From an uncultured delta proteobacterium (lineage in GTDB: Bacteria > Desulfobacterota > Desulfomonilia > UBA1062): 64,000 nucleotides of DNA. Position 1 is the stretch's first letter. Each line of letters starts with the position of its first letter. The stretch covers positions 11,269-75,268 of the forward strand of contig CAVVYZ010000008.1 in NCBI GenBank assembly GCA_963752595.1. Reading direction: 5' to 3'. The notes under the pieces were generated by a model, which saw only the letters and a list, made by a program, of their open reading frames with translations, ran no database searches and was not told the origin of the DNA. This document shows, in pieces, positions 20,958-31,579 of this stretch. A program made the translations under genes and the position numbers.

Positions 20958-21035
20958 TCGCAATACAGCAGCATCAAAGCAGGGGGCACGAAGGAACAGC
21001 AGGAAGACGCATCCGGATACTGAATATATTTATTG

Positions 21036-22010
21036 TCAGCGCCTGATCTTTCCCGGTAGGATGTATGGATAGGGCTTGTCCAGAATTCTGACATGCAGAA
21101 ACCTGTCGAGTTTCCTGAAACCCAGGAACAGGCTCCAGATGAATGCATCCTCGCGGTAGTACGCCCTCACTTCCTTGAAGGTAATGGGCTTAAAATCCGG
21201 ACCGGCAGGCTCCATGCCGAGGAAGCGGTTGGCTTCTTCGATGAACGGCCGGACGAGATCATGCCGCTTCTCCTTGAACAGGTTGGCAATGAGATCCACC
21301 ACGGCCATCCGCGGGTCATAGTAGCGGGAAATGACATCCTGGAGAAAGAGGCATTTGATGAACCACACCAGAAAAGAGGGGGCGCTCCTCAGGAAGAGGT
21401 CGGTGTTCAGTTGCTCAAGCCCGCCGATCCTCATCAGCGGCGTGCTGGTATCGATATAGACCAGCCGGATATCCTCATCGTTCAGGCGTTCCGGCGTCGA
21501 TTCACACAGCATTGCCCAGTTGGAGATCTGGGAATCGATGGCAATCTCGACCAGGCCTTGCGACCTGTTATACTCCCAAACCTTTTTCATCTCGCGCAAA
21601 ACGGCCCGAAATAGCAGGAGGATGGATTCATAATCCAGCCGGTGAAGGAGCTGGTTGCAGATCGAGCCTTCGGCCATCTTCTCCTGGATGCAGTAGACCA
21701 CTTTGTTTCCCTGTGCAGGGGTTATCCTCACGGTTGAATGAAGGGGTACCAGGATGTCCATATCCTCTTTCAGGGTTCTGTTATACCGGGCAAACAAGCT
21801 TTCATACGAATCAATTTCATCTTCCGTCTTGAAAATGGGGAGCCTTTTGAATGCCAGGCCCTGCTGAGACGGCACCAGGATCTCGAAGATGGTGCTTATC
21901 TCTCCATAACCGATGATCCGGGCCGGGATAGAGCTTTCATGGGGTTTCTGGGGGTTGAGGCCTTCTTCGAAGCGCCTGAGAAGCTCGATATTGATCCTGT
22001 CTTCGCACAT
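21036..22010 (-). CDS. DUF6206-like protein with protein-kinase-like fold motifs
   Basis: GYGEISTI, LAFKRLP, IDSQISNW, YIDTSTP. The DUF name is from recall. Confidence 0.6.
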   Translation of the reverse strand: MCEDRINIELLRRFEEGLNPQKPHESSIPARIIGYGEISTIFEILVPSQQGLAFKRLPIFKTEDEIDSYESLFARYNRTLKEDMDILVPLHSTVRITPAQGNKVVYCIQEKMAEGSICNQLLHRLDYESILLLFRAVLREMKKVWEYNRSQGLVEIAIDSQISNWAMLCESTPERLNDEDIRLVYIDTSTPLMRIGGLEQLNTDLFLRSAPSFLVWFIKCLFLQDVISRYYDPRMAVVDLIANLFKEKRHDLVRPFIEEANRFLGMEPAGPDFKPITFKEVRAYYREDAFIWSLFLGFRKLDRFLHVRILDKPYPYILPGKIRR

Positions 22011-22022
22011 ACCCGATCCTTG

Positions 22023-23294
22023 TCAGCCCAGGCCGAGGAATCTTTTCGTGTCCAGGAGTGCCCTGTCGATCCGTTCGATGATCTCGAAGGCGATGTCCGT
22101 ATCGATGACAAGCGGCGGGAGGAGCTGGCTCACCCTGGGGTTGTTGTTGGCATAGATGCTTAAGACCCCGTTATCGTAGCATGCCTTCGACATGATGGGG
22201 CCGCAATGATCGTTCACCATCTCGATGCCCATCATGAGGCCGAGCTGCCTGAAACGTACGAGGATCTCCGGATGCTTCGTCTTGAGGTCTTCAAAGCCGT
22301 TTGCGAAGATCCGTGCAAGCTCCCGGACATGGCCCAGAAATTCGGGCCGCGAAGATTCTTCGAGCACGGCCAGAGCCACCGGGCAGCCTACCTCAGCACC
22401 GCCGAAGGTCGAAACATGGATAAAGGGATTCTGTTTGAAAAAGGCTTCGAGCTCGGGCCTGAAACACGTCGCCGTCATGGGGTAAATACCCCCGGAAAGC
22501 CCTTTACCGATCACCATGATGTCCGGAACGACCGCATAATGATCGATGCCCCAGAGCTTCCCGGTCCTTCCGAGGCCTGTCTGCACCTCGTCGATGATGA
22601 GAAGAGCGCCTGCATCTCTGCATTTATCCTGCACACGGGCGTAAAAGTCCTTATCCGGGATGGGCATCCCCGCGGTGGCAGGGATGGTCTCAAAGACCAC
22701 TGCCGCCGTCTCGCAGTCGATCTCACGGGACAGCGCAGGGATATCGCCAAAGGGTATCTGGACAAATCCGGGAGGGTGAGGCCCGAAGGGCTTCCGGTAT
22801 TGCTCATCGCCTGCTGCCAGCGCCAGGCCCGTATGGCCGTGATATCCTCCGCGGGCTGATATGATCTTGAGCCTGCCCGTATATCCCCGGGCGAGCTTTA
22901 TGGCCAGGTCCATGGCCTCGCCGCCGCCGACGCCGAATACGGTATAGCTTATATCTCCGGGCGTGAGCTGGGCAAGCCTGCTCGCGAGCAGGGCTCTCTG
23001 TTCGCTCACCATGTGGTGATTACCGATATCGTACCGGTCGAGGCTGTCTTTGAGTGTCTGTATGATCGAGGGATTTCGATGCCCGAGATTGAAAACGCCG
23101 CCGTTGCAATGGCAGTTTATAAGCCGCTTCGTGCCGCCTACATCCCAGACAAAAGGACCCTGCCTTTTGCCGAAGACGAAATCGATCCCCGCATCTGTGA
23201 AAAAGCCGGCCTTTCCGCTGGAGACATGCCGGGAGAAGAGCTCGAATATCCCTTTCTTCTGATCATCACCATCCGTTGTCATGGATGCCCTCAT
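22023..23294 (-). CDS. Class III PLP aminotransferase (ornithine/putrescine type)
   Basis: GGGEAMDLAIKLAR, YHGHT, IIDEVQTGLGRTG, IGKGLSGG, STFGG. Confidence 0.93.
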   Translation of the reverse strand: MRASMTTDGDDQKKGIFELFSRHVSSGKAGFFTDAGIDFVFGKRQGPFVWDVGGTKRLINCHCNGGVFNLGHRNPSIIQTLKDSLDRYDIGNHHMVSEQRALLASRLAQLTPGDISYTVFGVGGGEAMDLAIKLARGYTGRLKIISARGGYHGHTGLALAAGDEQYRKPFGPHPPGFVQIPFGDIPALSREIDCETAAVVFETIPATAGMPIPDKDFYARVQDKCRDAGALLIIDEVQTGLGRTGKLWGIDHYAVVPDIMVIGKGLSGGIYPMTATCFRPELEAFFKQNPFIHVSTFGGAEVGCPVALAVLEESSRPEFLGHVRELARIFANGFEDLKTKHPEILVRFRQLGLMMGIEMVNDHCGPIMSKACYDNGVLSIYANNNPRVSQLLPPLVIDTDIAFEIIERIDRALLDTKRFLGLG

Positions 23295-23446
23295 ATGAAA
23301 CGTTATTCTATAAAAAAAGTGATACTTGGTCGGCCAAGAAGGTCAATCATTTTGTATCACAGCTTTCTGGTCAGGTCAACGCTGCCGATATGATGAAAAT
23401 ATAAGCAATACCATCTTTGTATAAGCATTTCGGGGGGATAATTGTC

Positions 23447-23474
23447 TTGACAATGGGAAAAGTTCTAATATAAG
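23447..23474 (+). promoter_or_regulatory. Putative sigma70 promoter of the rpsP operon
   Basis: TTGACA at 23447-23452, TATAAG 16 nt downstream. Confidence 0.5.
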
Positions 23475-23514
23475 TGTGGACAACCAATATATCAGTAAGG
23501 GGGAAATAAGAAGA

Positions 23515-23760
23515 ATGGCTGTAAGTATCAGGTTGACTCGCGCAGGCGCCAAGAAGAAACCATTTTTCAGGGTCGTGGTTGCTGACTCGAGAAGCAAAAG
23601 AGATGGGAGATTCCTGGCAATCGTGGGCCATTTCAATCCGAAGACCAGGCCGGAAAGCATAACCCTGGACATGGACAGGATAAAGGAATGGGCACAAAAA
23701 GGGGGTCAGCTAACTCCGGCAGTACGCAAGCTCATAAAGGAAAAAGGATATACTCTCTGA
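23515..23760 (+). CDS. rpsP: 30S ribosomal protein S16
   Basis: MAVSIRLTRAGAKKKPFFRVVVADSRSKRDGRF. Confidence 0.98.
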   Translation: MAVSIRLTRAGAKKKPFFRVVVADSRSKRDGRFLAIVGHFNPKTRPESITLDMDRIKEWAQKGGQLTPAVRKLIKEKGYTL

Positions 23761-23795
23761 GTTCGACATAAACAAGCATGTGGTGAGGGCATAAG

Positions 23796-24026
23796 ATGAG
23801 AGAGTTAATAGAGTACATTGCCAAGGCATTAGTTGACAATCCGGATGAAGTTGCAGTTTCTGAGGTTGCGGGTGAGGTTACTTCAGTGATCGAACTCAGA
23901 GTTGCAAAGTCCGACCTTGGCAAGGTAATCGGGAAAGAAGGCAGGACTGCCCGGGCAATGAGAACACTGCTTACAGCTGCATCGACGAAAATCAAGAAGA
24001 GGGCTGTACTGGAAATCATTGAGTAG
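23796..24026 (+). CDS. khpA: KH-domain RNA-binding protein
   Basis: [17 protein letters not shown]; conserved position between rpsP and rimM. Confidence 0.93.
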   Translation: MRELIEYIAKALVDNPDEVAVSEVAGEVTSVIELRVAKSDLGKVIGKEGRTARAMRTLLTAASTKIKKRAVLEIIE

Positions 24027-24533
24027 ATGAACACCGATCTCATCGAGATCGCCAAGGTAACCGGTCCCAAAGGTCTCAAAGGACAGATGTGGATCGCCCC
24101 TTACGGGGATTCTTTTCAAAGATTCCGTCTCTATTCCCACCTCATCATAGGCAAGCAGGGAGAACCCAGGAAGGTGCTCTCATGCTCTGCATATAAGAAT
24201 AAATACCTCCTTGCACTTGAAGGCATAACCGATATCAGTCAGGTCGAGGACATCAGAGGTGAATCCCTCTATATCTCCCGGGACCAGCTCGAAGAGCCGG
24301 GCCCTGATGAATATTACTGGCATGATCTCCTGGGCATGACTGTCAAAGACACACAAGGCCGCGTGCTTGGAGATCTCATACGGATCTTCAATGCGGGGAG
24401 TAACGATGTATACGTGGTGGATGCGGTCAAGCAATATTACATCCCGGCCACGAAAGACGTGATAAGGGAGGTATCGATGGAAAAGAGGGTCATGGTGATC
24501 GATGCCGCTCTTCTCGAGGATCTGCTGGATTAG
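24027..24533 (+). CDS. rimM: Ribosome maturation factor RimM
   Basis: GPKGLKG, DEYYWHDLLG, GSNDVYVV, IPA; synteny. Confidence 0.95.
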   Translation: MNTDLIEIAKVTGPKGLKGQMWIAPYGDSFQRFRLYSHLIIGKQGEPRKVLSCSAYKNKYLLALEGITDISQVEDIRGESLYISRDQLEEPGPDEYYWHDLLGMTVKDTQGRVLGDLIRIFNAGSNDVYVVDAVKQYYIPATKDVIREVSMEKRVMVIDAALLEDLLD

Positions 24534-24588
24534 GCTCTATGCACATTCAGATAGAGAGCTCCGACCAGACTGTTCTGTCCTTCTCAGT

Positions 24589-25263
24589 ATGATTATCAAC
24601 ATCATCAGCCTGTTTCCCGACATGTTCCAGGGAGTATTCACCGAGAGTATCCTCCACCGGGCGATACAGGGCAGGTTCCTCGAAATTAATATCGTGCATC
24701 TGCGGGAATACGGCCTCGGCAGGCACCGGGTAGTGGATGACACGCCATACGGGGGCGGAGGAGGAATGATCATGAAACCCGAGCCCATTGCCGATGCGCT
24801 GGAAAACATCCCGGAAAAGGGACATGTCGTCCTCACCACACCCAGGGGCAGACTCTTCAGACAGGCGGATGCCTTGCGCCTGAGTTCGCTGGACGTCATG
24901 ACTATCATCTGCGGGCATTATGAAGGTGTGGACGAGAGGGTGAGCGAGCTCTTCGTGGACGAAGAGCTTTCCATAGGGGATTATGTGCTTACCGGAGGCG
25001 AGCTGCCGGCAATGGTGATTATCGATACCGTAGCCCGGCTCATCCCCGGCGTCCTTGGTCATGATACCACAATCAGCGGCGACTCGCATTATGACGGCCT
25101 GCTCGAATATCCTCACTATACGCGTCCGCGGGAATTCAGAGGCCTTGCCGTACCCGAAGTGCTGCTTTCCGGCGACCATGAGCAGATCAACGCCTGGCGT
25201 AAATCCATGGCATACCGGAAAACACAGGAAACCAGACCTGACCTGCTGGAGAAAAAAAGATGA
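24589..25263 (+). CDS. trmD: tRNA (guanine-N1)-methyltransferase
   Basis: VDDTPYGGGGGM, CGHYEGVDER, SIGDYVLTGGE, YPHYTRP. Confidence 0.98.
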   Translation: MIINIISLFPDMFQGVFTESILHRAIQGRFLEINIVHLREYGLGRHRVVDDTPYGGGGGMIMKPEPIADALENIPEKGHVVLTTPRGRLFRQADALRLSSLDVMTIICGHYEGVDERVSELFVDEELSIGDYVLTGGELPAMVIIDTVARLIPGVLGHDTTISGDSHYDGLLEYPHYTRPREFRGLAVPEVLLSGDHEQINAWRKSMAYRKTQETRPDLLEKKR

Positions 25264-25310
25264 TAAGAACCAGTGGATCTTCACCTTTCTAGGAAGCAAA
25301 AGGGCATATA

Positions 25311-25838
25311 ATGCTGTATGTAGGACTGATCCACTGGCCGTGCATGGATAAGAACGGTGAGGAGATCGCCACCGCGATAACCAACCTCGATTTGCATGAC
25401 CTTGCAAGAGTATGCTTGACATATGGTATAAATACGCTCTATATCGTTCACCCAAACGATGTCCAATTGTCTTTTGCAAAGAAGATCATGGACCACTGGC
25501 TTTTAGGATTTGGAGGCGTATATAATCCGGTAAGGAAAAGGGCGTTCGAGGTTATTACGTTAGTAAAGGACATCGAAGAAATTAAACGGCAGACTGGTGC
25601 ATATATGGTGGGGACTTCGGCTGCACGGCTTTCAAGCTGTCTTTCATGGGCAGATGCAAGGAAACTTGCTTCCGAGAGGGACGTGTGCCTGCTGTTCGGA
25701 ACAGGGTGGGGCATGGCTCCCAGGCTCCTTTCGAGCCTCGATGCCGTAATCGAGCCCATAGACGCGGGTACCGGCTTCAACCATATCTCTGTTCGTTCTG
25801 CCGTTTCGATAGCAATAGACAGAATCGTTGGGAGGTAA
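25311..25838 (+). CDS. SPOUT RNA methyltransferase (DUF2168 type)
   Basis: LIHWP, TAITNLDLHDLAR, LLFGTGWG, FNHISVRSAVSIAIDR. Confidence 0.85.
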   Translation: MLYVGLIHWPCMDKNGEEIATAITNLDLHDLARVCLTYGINTLYIVHPNDVQLSFAKKIMDHWLLGFGGVYNPVRKRAFEVITLVKDIEEIKRQTGAYMVGTSAARLSSCLSWADARKLASERDVCLLFGTGWGMAPRLLSSLDAVIEPIDAGTGFNHISVRSAVSIAIDRIVGR

Positions 25839-25839
25839 C

Positions 25840-26184
25840 ATGAATATCGTTGAGAAATTCGAAAAGGCGCAGATGAAAAGTAATCTGCCGGAAATAAAGA
25901 TCGGAGACAAGGTGAAGGTCTCCACCAAGATCGTCGAAGGAACGAGGGAGAGAATCCAGATCTTCGAGGGTGTGGTCATTGCCCGGCACAGGGGAAGCAA
26001 CCGGGAATCCATAACCGTTCGCAAGCAGTCCTACGCAGTCGGTGTGGAAAGGGTTTTCCCTCTGCATGCACCCGTTGTGGATAAAATCGAGGTGATAAGC
26101 CACTCCAAGATCAGAAGGGCCAAGCTCTACTACTTACGCGCAAAGAAAGGCAAGGCAGCTCGTCTCAAAGAAGTCCGCGGCTAG
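25840..26184 (+). CDS. rplS: 50S ribosomal protein L19
   Basis: RERIQIFEGVVI, GVERVFP, RRAKLYYLR. Confidence 0.98.
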   Translation: MNIVEKFEKAQMKSNLPEIKIGDKVKVSTKIVEGTRERIQIFEGVVIARHRGSNRESITVRKQSYAVGVERVFPLHAPVVDKIEVISHSKIRRAKLYYLRAKKGKAARLKEVRG

Positions 26185-26186
26185 TC

Positions 26187-26777
26187 ATGGCCCTTGAGGA
26201 ATCTCTCATTTCTCAAGGCTACTGGCCCATATGCGGTATTGACGAAGCAGGTAGAGGCCCGCTTGCAGGTCCTGTCGTCGCTGCAGCAGTCATTATGGAA
26301 CCCGGACATGAGCTGAGGCTCAAGGTCAAGGATTCCAAGGTGTTATCTGCAGCACGCAGGGCTTCTCTTTTTGATCAAATCATGGAGTCTGCTCACATCC
26401 AGGTCGGGGTTTCCATGGTCGATGCCGGCTCCATTGATAAAATAAACATTCTCAAGGCCACCTTGAAGGCCATGCGCGAGGCAGTGTTCAAACTCGAGGT
26501 GTCGCCTCAATACGCCATCATAGACGGCAACGTAGCCCCGGAGCTTCCCTGTTTATGCACCGCTGTGATACGGGGAGATCAGCTCGAACCTTCCATCTCT
26601 GCAGCCAGTATCGTGGCAAAGGTAGTCCGGGACAGGTACATGGAACAGATGGACGCGCTCTATCCGGGGTATGGTTTCGCACAGCATAAGGGATATCCGA
26701 CACAGGCACACTATGAAGCCATCCGTTCCCTGGGAGCATGTCCTATCCACAGGAGAAGCTTTCGGGGTGTCTGCTAA
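26187..26777 (+). CDS. rnhB: Ribonuclease HII
   Basis: GIDEAGRGPLAGPVVAAAV, DSK, IDGN, SISAASIVAKV.RD, HKGYPT, HRRSF. Confidence 0.97.
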   Translation: MALEESLISQGYWPICGIDEAGRGPLAGPVVAAAVIMEPGHELRLKVKDSKVLSAARRASLFDQIMESAHIQVGVSMVDAGSIDKINILKATLKAMREAVFKLEVSPQYAIIDGNVAPELPCLCTAVIRGDQLEPSISAASIVAKVVRDRYMEQMDALYPGYGFAQHKGYPTQAHYEAIRSLGACPIHRRSFRGVC

Positions 26778-27122
26778 ATCCACACGGGAAAAAGGATCGG
26801 GCGGCGAAGAGATTGCCCGGAAATATCTCAAGACTTTAGGATACAAAATCCTTGACCTCAATTTTCGGTTGAAGATCGGTGAAGTCGATATCATTGCCCA
26901 GGACGGCGACACCATCGTATTCGTCGAAGTAAAGTCCGCAACTACCGCCCGGTTCGGCAATCCTTGAGCTGGGTGCCCTTCTGGAAGCAGCAACGCATCA
27001 TCCGGGTATCGGAGGTATATCTAAGCAGGCATCGCCTGTATGACTCTCCTGCCCGATTTGATGTGGTGGCCGTCGACCATACAATGAAAATATATCATGT
27101 CAAAGACGCTTTCAGGTCCTAA
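26767..27122 (+). CDS. yraN: YraN family protein (one frameshift near 26965)
   Basis: GEEIARKYL..GY.I, GEVDIIA, FVEVKS, then KQQRI...RFDVVAV...HVKDAF in the next frame. Confidence 0.88.
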
Positions 27123-27579
27123 GGGGGCCTTTCTCTGCGACCAGAATCTGGGAAGACTCGCCAGGTGGTTGAGGATGCTGGGCTACGATGCGATATTTAT
27201 GCGGAAGTGGGATTGGAACAGGATTGAGGATGCAAAGGCGGAAGGAAGGATATTCCTTACCCGGAAGCGCTCCATGGCCGGAGAAGAGGGCTGTATCGTC
27301 ATAGAGAACGACCATCTTCGTGAACAGCTCTCATTCCTTGATCGCCTCCTAGGCATCCATAATAAAATCCAGCCTTTTTCAAGGTGTAGTGTTTGCAATC
27401 TTCCCCTGAAGTGTGTTAAGGCAGATGACGTGAAAAATCAGGTCCCTGAATACATTTATGCTACCCAGAGGGAATTCGCCGAATGTCCGGGGTGCCTGAG
27501 AATCTACTGGAAGGGAACGCATCCGGCCAGATCGCTCGATTTATTCAATTCATCCGTAAGGGTAAGTGAGGAGAAATGA
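27097..27579 (+). CDS. Mut7-C (PIN-like RNase, DUF82) domain protein
   Basis: FLCDQNLGRLARWLRMLGYD, EGRIFLTR, RCSVCN, CPGC.RIYWKGTH. Confidence 0.88.
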   Translation: MSKTLSGPKGAFLCDQNLGRLARWLRMLGYDAIFMRKWDWNRIEDAKAEGRIFLTRKRSMAGEEGCIVIENDHLREQLSFLDRLLGIHNKIQPFSRCSVCNLPLKCVKADDVKNQVPEYIYATQREFAECPGCLRIYWKGTHPARSLDLFNSSVRVSEEK

Positions 27580-28637
27580 CCAAACAAGAAATTGAGGAGA
27601 AGCTTCTCGCTCCCCTGAAGGGGAAGCGCAAGGTTCTCATCATGACCCATGAGAACCCCGACCCGGACAGCATCGCTTCAGCCTTCGGGCTGAAGTACAT
27701 CTTCAAGAAAACATTAGGCATCACCTCGGTAATAGCCTATGGAGGGATCATCGGCAGGGTGGAGAACCGAGCCATGGTGAAGCTCCTGCATATCGATATG
27801 CTCCCTTTAAGCGAAGTCTCGATACGGAGCTACTCGGTGATCGCGCTGGTGGACTGCCAGCCCCATACCGGCAATGTCTATCTCCCTCCGGGGGTGAACC
27901 CCACCATCGTCATCGACCATCACCCGTTGCGCAAATCCTCTGAAAAAGCAGAGTTCATGGATGTCGCGGAGGGGGATGGGGAGCACCTCCACCATCATTA
28001 CCCAGTACATCAGACACCTGAACCTGCCTGTGGACAAGGAAGTCGCTACCGCGCTGTTCTACGGCATCAAGTCCGACACGCGGGACCTGGGCAGGCAGTC
28101 CACGGACATCGATGTCAGGCTGTCGATCTTCCTGTTTCCCTTCATTCTCCAGAAGAAGCTCGCCAGGATCGAGCACCCGGAAATGCCCAGGGAATACTTC
28201 GTCAAGCTCTATTCCATCCTGAGCAATGCCAGGATCTACGGCGATGTAGTCATGGCACGGGTCGATCTCATCGGCTGGCCGGAGATGATCGGCGAATTCG
28301 CGGACGAGCTCATCCAGATCGAAGGCATCAGGTGGTGCCTGTGCTACGGAAGGCACAACGGCTCTCTGATCTTCTCCATCCGGACCACCGGCCGAACTAC
28401 ATGGCAGGGGTGCTTGCGCACAAGATCTGCCACGGCATCGGAAAAGGCGGCGGTCACGAGACCTATGCGGCCGGAAAGATCGATCTTGCCCAGGCCCTGA
28501 AGAAGGTGAAGGACCCTGAAGATATCCTGCTGAAGCGGTTCCTGAAAGAGGTCTGCCCTCAGAGGGATGGAACCGACCATGCTCATTGCAAAAGACAAGG
28601 TGAAATCAAGCCGTCACAGCCCGAGGTCAATCCCTAA
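27576..28637 (+). CDS. DHH family phosphoesterase (NrnA-like), frameshifted
   Basis: HENPDPDSIAS, LVD, IDHH, GSTSTI, YGIKSDT, GGGH. Confidence 0.88.
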   Translation: MTKQEIEEKLLAPLKGKRKVLIMTHENPDPDSIASAFGLKYIFKKTLGITSVIAYGGIIGRVENRAMVKLLHIDMLPLSEVSIRSYSVIALVDCQPHTGNVYLPPGVNPTIVIDHHPLRKSSEKAEFMDVAEGDGEHLHHHYPVHQTPEPACGQGSRYRAVLRHQVRHAGPGQAVHGHRCQAVDLPVSLHSPEEARQDRAPGNAQGILRQALFHPEQCQDLRRCSHGTGRSHRLAGDDRRIRGRAHPDRRHQVVPVLRKAQRLSDLLHPDHRPNYMAGVLAHKICHGIGKGGGHETYAAGKIDLAQALKKVKDPEDILLKRFLKEVCPQRDGTDHAHCKRQGEIKPSQPEVNP

Positions 28638-29613
28638 GAGCTCTGCAGCGTAGTTCACCATATTCATGTCTTCGTTCTCGGTCACTTTGGCAGTCCCTAA
28701 GGACCGGTCCATGCATCCGGACCTCACGATACCCGCGATCTCCCACGCATAGGGGTGGAACTTGAACCGCTCCCGGTGGAGGTAGTTCGCCAGGGCATTC
28801 AGGAGGCAGTTGGTGGAATTGGGGTCCGTGTCTTCCGGCTTGACCCAGCCAAGGGACGCGATCTTCTCCATGATGGCCTCTTCATCATAGTCCGTGAAGG
28901 CCAGGGGGTGGATGTTCACCGGCCAGCGGGAAGCATCCGTCAGGAGGTCCTCATCGCTCAGGAAATAGGGTTTGAGATCATCGCCGATCCGCTCGATGAG
29001 CGGGTCCCGGACCGTGCGATGGGAGAAGCGCTGGAGCCTCGGGTTGGTCTGCATGATGGCCGAACTGATGGGTGCCTGTCCCGGGGACCATCCGAAGGCC
29101 ACCAGAGGGATATTATAGGACAGCGCGGTCTTCAGGATCATGGCCTTGACCATGCCGATGCACGTGGTGCAGATGGAGCTTGCCCGGTCAAGGGTCTTGG
29201 GGCTGTAGATATCCGTGCCTGCCGCCAGGCCGAAGGCCTTCTTCATGACCGAAGGGCGGCCTGAAGAATGATGCAGGCGGCGCCGAGGGTGTCGGTCATG
29301 TGCAGGATGTTCTTTAGGCCTGATCGGAGACGAAGCCGTTGTCGAAGACAAAGGCGAGGACCTTCATATCATATGGTTTTCTGAGCGTGTAGAGGGTGTA
29401 GGTGGAGTCCTTGCCTCCGCTGAAGGCCAGCAGAACATCGAAGGAGTGCTTCGACCGTTTGCTTTCGGAGAAGGGCTTCGAATTCTTCAGGTGAGCCTGT
29501 TTTTCCTGTGCATCGGGGATAGGGGTATTCCTGCAGTAGTTGCAGACTCCCGCCTCGTCAAAGGATATCCCGGGAAAGGTATCCGGCAAAACGCATTTGG
29601 TGCAATAATTCAT
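28614..29613 (-). CDS. PP-loop ATP pyrophosphatase, N-acetyl-sugar amidotransferase-like (frameshifted)
   Basis: CTKCVLP, GVCNYC, AFSGGKDSTY, FDNGF, ICTTC, STNC. Confidence 0.75.
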
Positions 29614-31124
29614 TTTTTCAAGGCCTCCTTGTCTATCTTTCCCGAGGGTTTCTTGGGAAGCGACTTCATGATGCTCCAGTACTTCGGGTGCTTATGGCGC
29701 GGCAAGCCTTCACGGCGGCAAAGGCTTTGAGCGCTTCCAGGTCAAAGGAATGTTCGTCCAGGGGCACGATGAAGGCCTACCGGCACCTCGGAAAGAAATT
29801 CATCGGGCCTGCCGATGACGGCAGCCTCGTGGACCAGGCCGGATTCCATGATGGCATCCTCGATCTCTTTGGGGAGACACTCTCGCCGCCTATCTTGAGC
29901 ATGTCCTTCTTTCTGCCCGTGAGGTAGATGAATCCTTCCTCGTCCCTGTGGCCGAGGTCGCCGGTGACCAGGCCCCAGGGCTTGAGGGCTTTGGCGGTCT
30001 CTTCCTGATCCTTCCAGTATCCCTGCATGATGTTCTCGTCCGCTGGCGCAGATGTTGCCGACTTCATCCGGCCCTAGGATCGTTCCCGCCATCGTCCCTG
30101 ATGGTGATCTCCACCCCGGGGATGGGGATGCCGATGGAGCCGAGCTTGTCTTTGACCAGCCTCTCGGGAGGCAGGTAGGTGAGCCGTGGCCGAGGCTTCC
30201 GTGGCACCGTACATGATGTACAGGGAGACATTGCCCGAGATAATCGATGAGCCGCCTGGTCAGCGCAGGGGCCATGGCCCCGCCGGCCTGGGTGATGTAC
30301 CTGAGGCTCGGGACCGGCGTCTTGTGAAAAGACGGAGCGGTTCAGCAGTATGGCGAAGGTGGACGGCACCCCGGCAAAGCCTGTAACTTCCTTCTCCGCC
30401 ATATCCTTGACCACTGAGTTGGGAAAGGCGAAACGGTTGTTGATGACCACCGAGCCGCCCACCATGAAATGGGTGTTGAGCAGGGTCTTGCCGTAGACAT
30501 AGTAGAAGGGGAGCACCGCCATGACCCTGTCCGATTCCTGTCAGCTCCAGGTAGGAGACGATGGATGCCGTGTTGGTGCAGAGGTTCTTGTGGGTCAGCA
30601 TCACCCCTTTGGGCTTGCCCGTGCTGCCCGAGGTGTACACGATGGCGGCAAGGTCGTCCTGTGAAACCCTGTCTTCCTGGGGCTCGTCGGGCATGGTCCG
30701 GACATCCTCCCAGGTGAACCGGATGCCGTAGCCATCGTTTAAGGGGACATCGGGCCCGATTACGCACGGGATATCGATGCCGGAGAGCCTCTTGGCGCTC
30801 ATGGGAGAAACCATGCAGACCTTGCACCGGAGTTTTCTATGTAATAGGATGCCTCTGCCGGAACGGACCGGTCGGAGACCTCTACACACACGCCTCCGGC
30901 CTTGAGATGCCATAATAGCCGACCACGTTCTCCAGCGAGTTCTCCATGATCATGAGAACCCTGTCGCCCTTCTGCAGGCCCGTTTTTCTTGAGCAGTCCG
31001 GCAAGCTTGTTTGCCAGCGAATCGATCTCGGAATACGTTGCCTTCCGGTCTCCTTCGAGAATGGCCGCCTTATCGGGGACGCGCCTGTGCCGATTCTCAA
31101 GAAAACTGTGGACAGCCTCGACAC
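29610..31124 (-). CDS. AMP-dependent acyl-CoA/acyl-ACP ligase (heavily frameshifted)
   Basis: [55 protein letters not shown], distributed over many short frames. Confidence 0.85.
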
Positions 31125-31378
31125 TACGAAATGCCTTTGACCTTCAGGAATTTGACGATATTGTTGATGGTTTCCAGATTTTCCGGAATCAGTTCCTCGT
31201 CCTCGATCTTTATCCTATAAGTAGCTTCGAGGAATTCGACGAGCTCGAGCACGCCGGTCGAATCCATGATTCCGCTCTCGATGAGCGACTCATCGGGATC
31301 GAGGACAACTTCACTCCTCCCCATGATAAAATTCTCTTTGATGAATTCCGTAATAACCATTTTCTGCATGTCTGACAT
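31124..31378 (-). CDS. Acyl carrier protein (stand-alone)
   Basis: SLIESGIMDSTGVLELVEFLE, with the phosphopantetheine Ser in DS. Confidence 0.9.
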   Translation of the reverse strand: MSDMQKMVITEFIKENFIMGRSEVVLDPDESLIESGIMDSTGVLELVEFLEATYRIKIEDEELIPENLETINNIVKFLKVKGIS

Positions 31379-31579
31379 TTAAGACCTCTCAATAGAACTC
31401 TCGCTATGGAAATGCTATCGGCATATTATAGTCCAAAATTTATAATTTCAATGGTAAAATCCTGTGATATAGAAGAGAGTAATTGTAGGTGGCGCTGATA
31501 ACAAACCTTTTCCCCTTGCTAACAATCCAGAGAAAAACGCCCTGATGGAAATGGGAAACCATAGAGCAAGGAGCATGGA

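Noticed and set aside
27097-27579. Toxin-antitoxin or defence system around the Mut7-C PIN protein
   Set aside because: No adjacent antitoxin-like gene; it is embedded in a housekeeping operon.
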